The notes below the pieces were generated by a model that worked only from the letters and a program-made list of their open reading frames with translations, was not told the origin of the DNA and searched no databases. The translations under genes and the position numbers were made by a program. From Raillietiella orientalis (taxonomy: Eukaryota): 64,000 nucleotides of DNA. This document shows positions 14,120 to 26,899 of the stretch, one piece after another (position 1 is the stretch's first letter; every line of letters starts with the position of its first letter). The stretch is from contig JAYWIR010000004.1 in assembly GCA_036172245.1 (NCBI GenBank), positions 1,612,001 through 1,676,000 of the forward strand, in the 5' to 3' direction.

Positions 14120-14740
14120 AAACGAAAGTCGACCTCCGGGCCCTTCCAGGAATCACGGAGTGGGGAGTTTCCCCTCCGGTTGTGAAGGAACCCCCTCTGT
14201 TCCGGGGGGGGGACCCCTCCGCGTCGTACTGATGGAGTAGGTGTGTCGCCACCACCTCTCCAGAGAGTGGAGAGAAGAGAGCCGATCCCTTCGGGGAAGC
14301 TGAGCCCTTCCGAATTTCGGAAGCGTCCCTTCTGGGTTCTTTTCAGAGGAGTAAAAATAGGAGCGGATCCCTAGCGGGGGATCCCTCCGCAGAAGAAATC
14401 CCAGGATCGGATCCTTTCCGGGTTCCCTTCAGAGAAGAAAGAATGGAGCGGCCCCCCACCAGGGGTCCTCCGGAGAGAATAAGGAAGGAGATTCCCTTCT
14501 GTATTCTCCTTCGGAGACAACCCGGGTGGAAGTGATCTCGATTTCCGGGAATGCCTCCCCAGGCGTGAGAGGAACGGACTCCGAGTCCTTTCTGAATTCA
14601 TAGGGCGGACCTCTCCCAGGGTACCCCCTATCTTGAAGAATTACCCACCCTCGGGTGTCATGGAACCGTGTCGAAGCACTGCGAAGACAGAAAAGAAAGG
14701 ATCATCCTCCGGAGGGGACTCCGGAAAAAGAAAAAAAAAA
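14120..14740 (-). mobile_element. Tx1/L1-like ORF2 (thumb region) fragment
   Basis: Reverse complement aligns by eye with 49700-50200 and 59955-60120 (LSPK..GNPERIRSWDFF versus LSPK..GNTEGIRLWNFF). Confidence 0.6.
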
Positions 14741-14750
14741 ATAGGAGGGG

Positions 14751-14990
14751 TTCAGATCGCCCTGAAGCTGCAGATGCTCACCTACGGGGACCTGAACCAC
14801 TTGGTGTTGCTGACGATGTCTGGGGCGACAACCTGCCTGAGATTCCCCGGCCAGCTCAACGCCGACCTGCGAAAGCTGGCCGTCAACATGCCTGCACTTC
14901 ATGTCAGGGTTCGCCCCGCTGACCTCCCGTGGCAACCAGCAGTACCGCGCTCTGTCGGTCCCCGAGCTCACGCAGCAGGTCTTCGACTCC
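14751..14990 (+). pseudogene. TUBB: Beta-tubulin internal fragment, frameshifted
   Basis: LKL...[35 protein letters not shown], then a deletion of the VPFPR codons, then [28 protein letters not shown] in another frame. Confidence 0.96.
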
Positions 14991-15849
14991 ACGGTTATCT
15001 GTTCATTTGCTCACCGATACAAACGAAAGGCTCGGGGAGCAGTAATCATCAGAGGCTTTGGAAGTGGAAATCTGATGGAAAATCTTTTGCATTTCAAAGC
15101 TTTCACTCCATCATTGGACTGTGCAGTGCCATCCGAGTGTTTCATGCATTTCGAGAGAACTGTTTTCGGATACGGAGCTCCTCTAATAGAAGGATTTCAG
15201 TACATTGATTACTTCCTCGTTTTTGAAATTCATCTTCACACTTGCTGCCGCTTGCTTTACGGGGACTTTTTTTTGAGCATCTGATTCACATCTGCAAGCT
15301 CAAAAATTCATTTTACCTATTCCGCAGAGTTGTACAAAACATCGATGCCTTTTGTACATGAGCTTGGTTAAGCAAGCGCTCCGATTGCTTGATGCATCGA
15401 AAGCATGAGGAGAAAGGTACAGACCAAAATTGAAGTTCTCCTTTGAAAGTCGGTTTGATTTATTCCATGAAATACTGGAGATGAATTCGTTTAGATTCAG
15501 CACGAAGATGCAGGCATCGGCTGGTTCGTTGTATTTTTCTAAAAAAAGCGACAGTGAAGAGTATGTGAGCTTTCTTCGTCTTTCATACGTTTTTTTTTTC
15601 CTTTTCTGTTTAGAGACATACTGGAAAATTTTTTTCCCCTTTCCGCTGAATGGAATTCACAAGATCGATGCCATCATAGCTGCTGCTTAGCAGTGAAGTA
15701 GTCAACGAAGGAAAGTGATTCTGCTTTGAGAGTGAAAGAATCATTACCATCATCAAGTCTCACTTTAAAAATGTATAATTTTGTTGCTGGAAGTCTCTCT
15801 GCTCATTCACTGCCTTTCCTACAACGTTGGATTCATCATGATGGCTGTT

Positions 15850-16600
15850 TACTTCATATCAGTGCTTCCACATTGGAAGGGAATGGAAGTGTCATAGATA
15901 TGTTTCAAAAGCACCCTATAACTGATGCCAATCCCTGATACATTACCCTTCATTCCTGCATATTACATGATTCAAGAACGCGCTGTACCTGTACCTGGAG
16001 CTGATCTGAAATAGAAAGCGCGATAAAGGAGAATCAGAACGGAAGTGAGATTCTCTGGAAGGGAGACGTTTTCATAATGGAGAAACACATTGCTGCTTCT
16101 TCTATATATATCCAAAAAGGAACAAAAGCACACTCTGCCGTGGGCCAGGAAACAAACCAGAACTTTGATAGCAGCTAAAATCTGGAAAAAGTGGAAAGTG
16201 GGCGCGTCTGCCATCAAAGTATGATGCTGTAATCAAAGATTTGTAAATACAATCTCGAATGAGGAGGTGCTGCATTGATGCCCCCAAGAGCATTCAATTC
16301 CTAAAGTATCAAAATCAGAATGATGATGGACTCACATGGTGATGTGTTGGCCCAGAGCAGACCTGCTTGTGCCAGCATGATGGAGCGTCAGATAGGAGGA
16401 TTACGATTCATGCCCATGCGCTGAACAGAACGAAGAGCGGTAGTTCCGATTAAAGTAGTCCTGCTTTCTAACGGAAAGTGCCCGAGGTAGGTGTCTCTTC
16501 ATGAATTATGGTGGCCTATTATCATGGCGTCCAACTAATGGAAGAAAAGCAATGAAATTCCAAAGTCGTGAACAAGATATTGGGAAAATGTATGGATCAT
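15850..16600 (-). mobile_element. Possible CACTA/EnSpm transposase remnant
   Basis: ADAPTFHFF...AHGRVCFCSF resembles the DxPAR..HxG..CxxC motif; little else is recognisable. Confidence 0.3.
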
Positions 16601-17779
16601 GTATATGCATAGCACTGATGGCACTATCAACGTCGCCTGCATGTAGCCGTTCTACGTTTCAGTTTCCAGGGTAAAGTTTTCCTTCCTTTCCTTTTTTTAT
16701 GAAATTTCTGTGGATTCCTTATTGCCACAGTTCACATTAAAGAAAGTTCCTGCCCTTTTTGTCTTTTAAGGACTGTAAACTATTACTTTAATCTGGTGGG
16801 TTTTGACCTGCTAATTTGGGCATGCTGCTGTACAGAGGAAACTCGAATCTCACCTATTCCATGCAAATCTGCACTGTTTTACTCCCTTCCGAGTTCACTT
16901 TTTCGATTTGGTGACCTTCAACCTGCTAATTTTACAGAGGAAATTGTTTCCGGAGTAAAGATGCAGAGATGGTTCTGCGCTTGTTTGTTTCTTCTGCAGT
17001 TTCGTCAGCTGTTTCACCATCATTTTCAAATGCTTCCTGGAAGCAGTCAGAAGCCATGTTGTGAAACCACAGCTCTCGTTTTCTCTGTCTATGCACATAA
17101 GATAGCAATTTCTTGGAAACAGAGAAACCACCTCTACCACCTCAGTGGCCTCCGGGCAGTCCACGCTGTTTAGCCTGTGGATCCCTCTTGCACGAGCTCA
17201 GGAAGTTGGCCCAAATGTCCTCCGTCTGGAGAGGAATCCGAAATGTGGGTCCAGCATGTATCTCTACGAAAGAGGATAATCGAGGAAGTGAATTTCTATG
17301 GTGAATCCATATCGTACTGAAACCGGAGTCTCATGTGGAAGGTCATATTGGAAGAAGTACATGTGCTGTTTCCTTGAGCATAAAATCATTTAATTTTCCC
17401 ATTCTAGCTAAAATCCATCTTTCCTAATTGCTTATTAGCCTCATTGCGTAGAAAACTGAGGTAGCATTCATAACCGGAGCATGCCTAAGAAAATTCTTTT
17501 GATTTTGTTCCACTCCTGGATATTAATCATCTCTCAATACCATCAATCATGTCTTTGTTTGCTTAGGTTCCTATAGCATCCAGACATTCTATCCTTTATT
17601 TTTTAGCAAAAACAAACGACAGTTGTGATGTAGATTACTCAGAGCACAGTGTGGCAAAATGCATTCATTCATCATTCAATTTTGTTTTCGATGAATAAGA
17701 AGCGATGTCAATGGGTTCTCAAAAAAGTTCATGGAAGAAAATCAGGACTCGCCGTAATCACATGTTAAATTAATTTAAA

Positions 17780-20700
17780 AGGGAACGTGATAAGGGAAAA
17801 TTGGAGTGATAAGTCAAGTCTTGACTTACTCGACCTCGAAACTCTCCCTCGTATTATATCCTTGCATAGCAGAAAAACTTCCAGGCCCTGCACCCCTTTT
17901 CCTTTGTCGAATTCCAAGTTCCAAGGGAATCAGACGGACCCTCAGTCAGAGACCTTACTGTGGCACGCGTTCCAGCAACGGACACGAGTAGCAGAGCAAC
18001 GTCGAAGTACTTTGCTTCCTTCTTCTGGGATGTTCTGAAATCCGCTGCCGTGCCTTCTAAAGGGTATCAGACTCAGCTTGTACCGGGCTGTCCTTTTCGA
18101 GCATCAGATCGGGCCCTCCACAGAGCATCCACTCCAGGAACATGCGACCTTTGCTCGATAGCCTTCTCGATCCTCCCCACCAAGACATCCGACCCACCAG
18201 GAAGATGGCAAAAACGCCTCATGCAATGATTTGGAACCAACTGGGAAAAGCGCACTCCGGTGTTCACGTTTCGCCATGACGGGCAGGCTTTCCATGGCCA
18301 AGACCTCCTTTCCATGCCAGTGCGTTTCCAGCATCGAAAAAGCAGAGGATCTCACCGCCTTACTGGATGGCACTGCTGACCTTCTCCCGATCGCTCCAGC
18401 GGAGTGGACGCACCTCTCGTCCTCTGAAGAATTCTTCTGCACAACCTGCTGAGAGTTCTTCCGCTGCCCCGTAGCTTTCGAGCCAGTGGCTCTCTGAATT
18501 TCCAGAGATGGTTCAGCTCTATCTCTCAGGCTAGCAGCGGCGTGACTCTGTTTCACATTCAGCGGGGTTTTTCGAGGAGCAATTTGGCGACGTTTCCAGA
18601 CTGCTGCCCGTCCGTGGCCTCTTGCATCAGGTGCACCTTCGGATCGGAAGCGCCGTCCGGGGATGCCCTAAGCGGTGTGGACAGTGGATGCCCCGACTAC
18701 ATCGGAAGGACGAGGCTACCATGAGCAGCCTCATGGTAGCCTCATCCTCACCGAAAGCAATCTCGGAGCACCCACTCACATCGTTTCTGGGATTCCAAGA
18801 GCCGAGCTATCCAGCAAGAAGGTCATGAACCTTGCTTTGCAAGCCTTCTGTTGCTTTCGAAAAGGACAGCAAGAGTGTGGGTGCGTAATCCGCTCCAACG
18901 CGAGGTGAGGAGCCTGTTGCCAGCCACCGGATGCCAGCCACCCTCGGGGTTCCTTGGAGGGCAGCGCGAAAGCCGGGTACTCCTCCTATCAAGTGAACCC
19001 GCAGCGGTATGGTTGCTCTCTGACCCCGATAGCAGGACAAGGCGACACCGCGGTACCGCAGCAGGAACGCCCACTGCTCCCGTGTGCTTAAACGAGCACA
19101 GTTGATAAGTGAGGCTGGCGCGAGAAACAAGGAGCATCGAAGCGATGCGCCATCCCTCCTCCCGTGGTAGGCTCGACGGAGTCCGCAGGTCCGTTCCCCG
19201 TCGCGAGAGTGTGGGAAGCGCGCGGCCATCATTACTTTTTTTGTGTTTTTTGTCTGCTTTCGCGCTTGACACTCCTTCACTTCCTTCGGCAAAGACATCC
19301 AATCTGCTGCCATTTTAAAGGAAGCTATTCCCGGGGAAGGGAATTTTCCATTTGTGTCTTAATTGGGCTTTGTTATTTCGAAAATAAGGAGAGAAAAAAA
19401 TAATGGGGAGCGAGCACGTCGCCCTGTATAGTCTTCCTGTATATTCCCGGGGACGACAAGGGAAGAAGTCGCTCCAATTACAGATTTCCTTTGGAGACAT
19501 GAGGGAAGAAAGAGGCGCGAACCTGAGGACAGGCTCAAAAGCTGCGCGGAGACCAAAACAGCGCATTGCTGCTGCTTCCCCAGATTCTGGATTTTCTCGT
19601 CTCTTGCCAAGCACGTCGAGGACCATCCGACGCTAATTGGGTCGCTTCATCCCGTTCGGGCGTCAGCATTGCTTTCCTGAATCACGTCCCCGAAAGAGCG
19701 ACTGTCTGCTCCTCCGAAACGAAGGAGTTGCTGGAGGGACTACTTTCCGCGGCGGTGGAACGGCCAGTCCCTGCAGAACGCGTTCGTCTCGTCTTTCGAG
19801 ATCAGGGAAGGAGGATCAAAGCTGCAGAGGGCTTGACTTTCCAAAAGAAGTGGCGTCCCTTTGCCTTTCTTCGACCTGGAAGTCTTGGCAGGCAGCAGGC
19901 TGATCCCGGCGCGAGACTGCTGCCGCGCAATGACGTCCACTTCGTCTTCCTGCTCTGTGAGCTCAGCGAGCCAAGGACCCTCGCCAAGGACCGGAAGATC
20001 GGCCTTAACTTCGGCCTTCAAGAAGTTTCAAGTGACGAAGATGCCGGAGGAAGGGGCTCTGCCCAGTACGGGGATCGGCAAGAACCAGAGCTTGTCTTCT
20101 AGAGTGGAGGGGCTGCAGAGGACGACTCCTAGCAAGAAGGAGGAGTTGGAGGTGGTTAGGATGAACAACTGCCATTTGCTCCTAAAGTGCAATCTGGACC
20201 ACTCAGATGAAGGAAGAGTGAAAGCAGAAGAGATGGAAGGAGAGGTCGAATTCGCGAATTTCTAGCTTGAGAAAGGATGCGACCTGGCGCAACTGCCGAT
20301 CGCTCCGTCAGGAGCGACCGAAAAGAAACCCCTTCAGAGTGAATTGGGCTCAACTTGTCAATGCCCCTCCCCCCCAAAAAAAGGGATAAAGGGGAGAGGT
20401 AAAAGGGATGCTGCATCCGCACCGATAGAGGGGAAACGGGAGCTCTTTGAGGGCACCAGGTGGCAGTCTTGCGCAGGCAGAATAGGAAAGCGAGCAGGAA
20501 TTTCGGAATAGGCAGGAGCATGCCATGTCCACATGAGAATCGAAATTTCTTCCCGGAAGGCATGGCCATCCTGAGGGAAGAGAAAGTACGGAAAGGTTAG
20601 ATGCCGGGTGCGTTCCTCGTCTTGTGGAAGTGGATCCTTGCGCTCGCATCTACCCTGGCAAGGAGACTCCTGAGGGTCCCGAAGGGAGCAGTTCCCGTCC

Positions 20701-21600
20701 ATCATTTTGCTCGAGGGCGAAGTGTCTCGATGCGTGCTACAGATGACACATCCGCAATTTTTGCTTCGTCGCCGGAGGTTCCTCGTTCCCTCCTCAAGCC
20801 CTCTTCATCGGGAGCATCGGATGTGCAAGGAGGTCTGCGAAGGAGCCCGTGCTCTGCCTGCGCAGGATCTCTCCCTCCCTCATCCTTCTTTTCCCTCCTC
20901 CCATTTATTATTTCCCCGTAGCAAAACCCCAGTGTCCGACCTTGAATCTGAAAAGTTGGAAGCAACCTATACCCGCAGAAGGATGGGGAGACCGGGAGGA
21001 AAAGAAACCTAGGACCGAGATCGATGGCAGCCGATCGATCAAACATTCACGGATTTCTACCGGCCGCTGCCTGCGATCGTACGATCGCTCCCTGCAGGGA
21101 GATGCCCCGCAAGCCCAACGTCGCTGCTCCCGGTCGATCCGCCTTCCACGCCCGCCCGCGTCCATCCATGGACTCGGAGGGAGGGACCTGACTCCAGGTG
21201 CAGAGGGAGGCCGCTGACGAGGGGAGCCAGGCACGTAGGAGGAATCCGAGCTTTGGCCCCGCGAACCCGAAGATCCACTCCGCGGGGAGCACGGCAACCA
21301 CCCAGTGCCATTCGTGAGCCCGCAAAACCCCCTTCGGAGACTCCGAAGGATCTGCTCTCCCACGCTGCTTCCCCAAATGCGAAACTCAAGGACACTCCAA
21401 GTGGACACTGAAATACTCCTTCCCTCTTTCTTCAGCTTTGGCAATCTGCAGAGTCTCCTGCCCTTCACAAAAGCTCTGGCGGAATCAGAACGGTTTCCTG
21501 ATCCACTTGGGGTTTACTGAGACTCAATCACGTCCTTGCGCGGCTTCCCCCTAAAGTCCTGAGCATCGAGTGGCACGTCGTGAGTGGTAACGCTGGCGGA
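17780..21600 (-). mobile_element. Degenerate Tx1/L1-like LINE: ORF1, APE endonuclease and start of RT
   Basis: Minus strand, in the expected order: ORF1-like LPTFQIQGRTLGFCYG; APE-like SLINCARL, DYAP, SD..WK; PGVDAL (SPGxDG-like); FLLCKDII (ISLLCxDYK-like). Many frameshifts. Confidence 0.6.
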
Positions 21601-23099
21601 GGCATGTCATCTCCGTACGAAACTTCTCATTAGGAGCACAGGCAGATGCCGGAAACGAGACGACTGATCTCGCTGCTGCATCAGCAGTGAAGAGGGTTGC
21701 CAAGCACAGAATGGTTACTGTAAGAGGCGGGAAGCCTCTTCCTAATGAGCAAGAAGCGACTGGAGGAATGGAATCTGGTGTCCCGAGATGTTTCTTCTAA
21801 AGCTAAAAGGGCCAAAGCAGAGTGTCAGAATGCTCCAGTTCTGTTGAGTGAAAGGGAAAATATCCAGCATCCAGCAAGTTATTCCGGAACTGGAGTTAAC
21901 CAGCAATCAATAAAAGCCACTAAAGCCACTCGCTATTTTATCTGGAGATGTAGGTGGCGATGAACCACATTGGCGGTTTCTTCGGTCGAAAATTGGACTG
22001 TTGCGAGGGTTCCTGAATTGGAGGATAATAGGGAAAAAAGGAACTCCGAGATCCTGCGATAGCAGCTAATGGTGTTGCAGCTGGTGACGAACCAGATGAA
22101 TGAAGCTGAAAGATACCTGAGAGATCGTAACTGCAGTTCAGCAAGTAATCATTGCAAGAGATGGAGCTCTTCTAATATAGGGCAAGTCCTGATAAGCAAG
22201 AAACTAATCTGAAATCATGGCCGAATTGAAAGATGAGATCGAAGTGACCGACTTCGAATAAGAACGGGAAAAACTTCGAAGAAGACTGCCTATGTCTAGC
22301 GTCAGGTGTTGGTCTCTGTCTTCAGCCTCAGTTGCCACACCAAGAAATCCGTGAGAAGAAAGACAGCATGAATAAGTTATCTGCAACAGGTTGCAGCTGT
22401 GGAGGAAGCTAGGGACCTAGAAGAAAGTTCTTGGTCTTGCAATCGTTAAGTGTTTACCTGTTTCGGACAAACTGGCAGTTAAGAACGAGGATCAGAAAGC
22501 AGGCACTGAAATTTTCAGGAACGTGTTAACACTTTGTTGCTCTACCATTGCAAACGATGAAATCTTGGTCAATCCACTTCTATGGAGGGCAAGGCTATGG
22601 GAGCTAATCAAGAGATGATGCTCCAGCAAAAGAATACTTAGATCGCGTTTTTAGGAATCTCTTTGGGAGTTTCCGTTGTGCTTGCGTCATCAATCAGAGT
22701 CTTCAGCTGTTCCTCACTTTTGTGCATAGGCGAGGTAACTACCTGATGGGTTCTTTGGAATTCAGGAGCATTTTCTTCCCGGCAGGACGACCTTGTGGGT
22801 CAGGAACAGGCGGTATGAGGCAAGAATTTCCTTGCAGGCTTTCCGTGTGGAGTTCATGGTGGGAGATTCTGTGGAAGTGGTCCGTTCTTGGTATGGAAAC
22901 TGTGTCCTTCAGGAATGAGATGCTTTGCTTAGACCTGATTTCCACACAGCATCTCGGGCACCTGGTGTTCAGTTCCACCCTCCCATCTTCAGCATGCAGG
23001 CCGTTGATTTCTCTGGAAAAGTCTGTAGAGGTAGCGGAGACAAAACCGCACAAGAGGAGGAGCTCAAATGCTCTTAAAATTGGAGGGAGGGGAGATAAA

Positions 23100-25560
23100 T
23101 GAGATCTGTGGGCAGTAGTGGATCAACAAGAATAAACAAACAAGTAAGCAACATAGTTCCCGAAACAAAAACAAAAAGAAAAGTTCATTTGAAGAGTCCA
23201 TCGACACGCAGGTCGTTTGCTGGGTCAGTCCGGAACGAATGGAAGGGAGGAGGACAATAAATAAATAACAAAACAAATAGGAGGAAGGGGATAGGACATT
23301 TGAATCTCCTTCCTTTCTAGAAACTTGCCGAATGCCGGCGATCCGTCTTGACTTCTTCCTGTAGGTGAGGTCACTTCGCAGCCGTTCTCATATAGGTAGC
23401 TGTCATGCAGCTGATCTCACTTCACTGCTCACGACACTCCAACAAATAGCGGATTGTGACGATGGTGTCCGGTGCAACACATTGCCGCAATCACGGCCCC
23501 TGTCATAACTCCCCTTTTTGCAAAGAATCTCAGCAGTAGGTCTTTGGCAGTGTCCTCAGCGTGCAAGAGTGATGAAACCATCCTGAGCCAGAGCTCCTCG
23601 AGGGCACTGCAATCTAAGAGCAGGTGCAGAAACGATTCCATCGCTCCGTAGCTTGAACAATTTGGGGACGCAACTCCCCTGAAACCACCTGTCTACGCTG
23701 ACTGCAGAAGAATTCCCAGTGCAGAAGCTGCAGAACATCCTGTTTCCAACGCAATGAAAATACCGGAAGTGTTCAAGCACGAAAAAGGTACCACAAGAAT
23801 GGAAATGGAGGGAATAGGTAGACCAGACTGCTCTCGTGGGGTCTTGGGCACTCCAAAGGAGTCCTGCTAACCCTAAAAAGGTAGTATGAACTACACTGGC
23901 GGGATGCTGCTGGTGTTGCATCTTCATTCACAATAACCGGATGTGCTGAAATGAAAGATTTGCACAGAGAACATTTGTGGGATCGACCATGTGGATAAAG
24001 ATTTGGTGTGGGCGCTTGGTTTAGAAGTAGTGGTCTTGGGTGTTAGGAGGAGAAGGAATCAAACTAAGCCAGCGTTGACTCAGATTTAACTGTCTACTCC
24101 AATGCAGAGTCTAGCAGAGCTGATGGGAACGAACTAGCACTTCAACTCACCGGTCGTCTGGAACTCATCCCATGACCAAACAGATTTGTGTCCTCAAATT
24201 AGTATTTCAGAGAATGAAGCTCAGCATTTTCGATTCAGCTTGTCTGGACGAAGATGCTTGAAGAACAGCAGCACCGGCATCGAACCGACTAATCCAATCC
24301 CTTGCAACATAAAAGGTATTTTCGTGATAGAAAACTTGATTTCTAGGCCTGTTTTCCAGGTTGTGGATTACATCCATGTTAAGAAAGGGGTTTGAGGGAA
24401 GTGAAGCCGGGAAGTTCCATTATCTCCACCCAGGCTGCCTGCTCTCTCCGGCTCCTTTTATGCCAGAGCTGTGGTTCCTAAGGTTGCTTTGAGTACGAGA
24501 AGCGACTCATCTGATGCTTCCAATTTCGAAAGGATTTTCTTTCCACTAATGAGGAATACATGGCGGCGGCGAGACGTACGCGTTGCCAATGGGAAGCTCT
24601 TGGAAGTCTTGGCATCTTATGGTGTGGCACGCGGCTGCAGGGATGTTGGAAGTGTCTCAACAGATGTCCGTAGTAGACCGGTAGGGATTTCTGGATGTTT
24701 CTGGAAACCATTTCTTGTCTCAAGGGTCGCGTCTCCTTTGTGCAATTTTCAGGTACTTGCTCCTCAATGCAATTCACAGTACTTGCTCTCCCTCCTTTTT
24801 CAGAAATCTCGAAAATTGTTGATTTCTTTCCCTTTGGATTTGTCATCCAAAGGGAAAGTTGCTCGACCTCCTCTTTGAAGTATCAGGTCCGAGAGGAGGC
24901 TGGATTCTGTTCCAGGGTTTGAGTTGAGTGGTTTCCGTCTGCCTACAGTCATCCCCTTGGTCATGCTGACTCACTTTCCGTGACTCTTCGTGTCCCCACA
25001 TGAGTAGCGGACTCAGCGCTTGATGATCGAAATACAGCATGATCGAGCTCATCATTTCTTTCTCCATGTTCTCTGTCTCTTCGCAATCTTCGATTCTCTC
25101 GTTCTCTGCGTCCTGTGATCCTAGGAATCCTATGGCACTCCCTGGGAGGCCAGATAAGAAGCCAGCTCTCGACACTTGCTCTTCTCCTTCCGTTGTCTTC
25201 CTCTTCTAGTGCCGTTGCTAAGTCATCAAAGTGATGACGTCTTGCAAGATTCCTTTCCCTTCTCTCTGAAGCTCTGGGTCTATCTTTGAGCTCCACATTG
25301 TCTCCGGAACACGCAATGATCGGAGGCATGTAACTCTCAATGTTTCAGGGTGATTCTCGATATGGGTCACCAATTCACTGTTTTCCTTCGTTGCCGGTGT
25401 CGGAGCCACAGAAAGGAACGCTCCAGATATCCACGAGAGCTACACCGCGAGGACCATCAAGAAAAACATCACGCCTGAGAGCATCCCCATTAGTCCATCA
25501 GTGCAATTCAGTACCTCTAAGGCTTTGTCGCCATGCAAATAATAGTGTCCGTTTGGGTTG
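23100..25560 (-). mobile_element. Degenerate Tx1/L1-like ORF2 with CCHC finger and 3' UTR
   Basis: Clear finger ..MESFLHLLLDCSALEELWLR at ~23580-23680 and a 3' UTR homologous to other copies. Weaker upstream APE (YFDHQAL) and RT (LQG..PVLLF) traces. Confidence 0.6.
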
Positions 25561-26899
25561 CTGACGTTGGCCTCGTGCCTATTAGCATGCAAGAGACCTG
25601 GCAGGTACTCAGAAAGAGACAGGAGTATTTCCTTTTTCAGATTTCCTTTCTCAGTTGTCAGGAGTATTTCCTTTTTCAGATTCCAGAAAAAGGAAATACT
25701 CCTGACAACGTTTGCGCAGACCCTGACTTCTGACCCACGCACTTGCCTTAGGGGACTGTGCAGATCCAAACAGCGTGGCGAATCGCTGCGATCGGCAGAC
25801 CCATGGTTTGCTGACACTCCTGCCAGAGATGGAGAAGACGGATAGGGTGTTCGGTCCACGTTAGTGCACAGGATTCCTGTGCAGGATGATGAGGTCGCCA
25901 ACTCCTCAAGGAGTCTGTGCTTGTGCTCATGAACCCTCTGAGACCACATCAGCTATTTGGTTTCAAGTAGCACAATGCCGCAACCTAATAAGTCCCTCAT
26001 CCTCAGTGTCACAGTTTCTTAGCCCTCAAGCAAAGAAGCAAGTCAGAGGATTTCATCTCCAAATTCGGATTCAAAAAGCTTCGAAATGGATGCACTTTGA
26101 AAAAGAAAAATTCAATCTCTGTACTGCAGGATGTAAAGGAACGAATAAGGAAAGCAAATTTGAGGGAATTCCTGTGCGGCCTGATTATCTTTGTAGGACT
26201 GAACTGCATCTCCAGCAAATTCGGGAATTCCAAACTCTCTAGATAAAGCTTTAGGGGGGATGCTACTAAGCATAGAGTCGCAAATACGCGTGAGGATAAG
26301 AATATGGCTCCATCCCCATCAATGCGATCACCTGACTACACCTTAATGTCTGTTGAATGGTTTTTCTGGGTTTATGGAATCAGAAAGGTTCGTAAGTCAC
26401 TGCGACCTTTATTATAACACACAGCATCGTCATACTTCAAAGTGCTTCCAGTACATCCTTCCAAAGCTCTATCCTTCCTGCTCGCAGTCACTCAGAAGAT
26501 TCAAGATTGGAGTCCCATCTAAAAACCAAGGAATAAAGGTGATGTTTCTCCGAACAAGTTGATGGTGTCAAAAGTCGCCCTTAGGAAGTTCATCAAACAG
26601 CAATCCGTTCATTCAACGTTGTCATAAACCGAATTGATTTCTTTCTGTACGATGTTACCTCATGTGATCACTTCCTTTGCCAATGCTTCGGAATTTGGAC
26701 CCAGCTTTGATTTTCAGCAAACATGGACATGCTGTCTGAGATCAGCTGCTTGATCAGCATCAGAACGCAGGTGCATAACAAAGAAAGCAAGAGGAATGCC
26801 ATCATACAGAATTGCCGGAGGCCTTCTTTAACGCAAGTGAATAAACAACGGAATCACAAAGTTCGGCATTGTGCGAGAAGAACGAGGGGAGAGTTTGCT

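Noticed and set aside
14086..14132. Hammerhead ribozyme (ccgatgag...cgaaa)
   Set aside because: The core reads CCGAUGA rather than CUGAUGA, stem II does not pair, and there is no correctly placed UH site.
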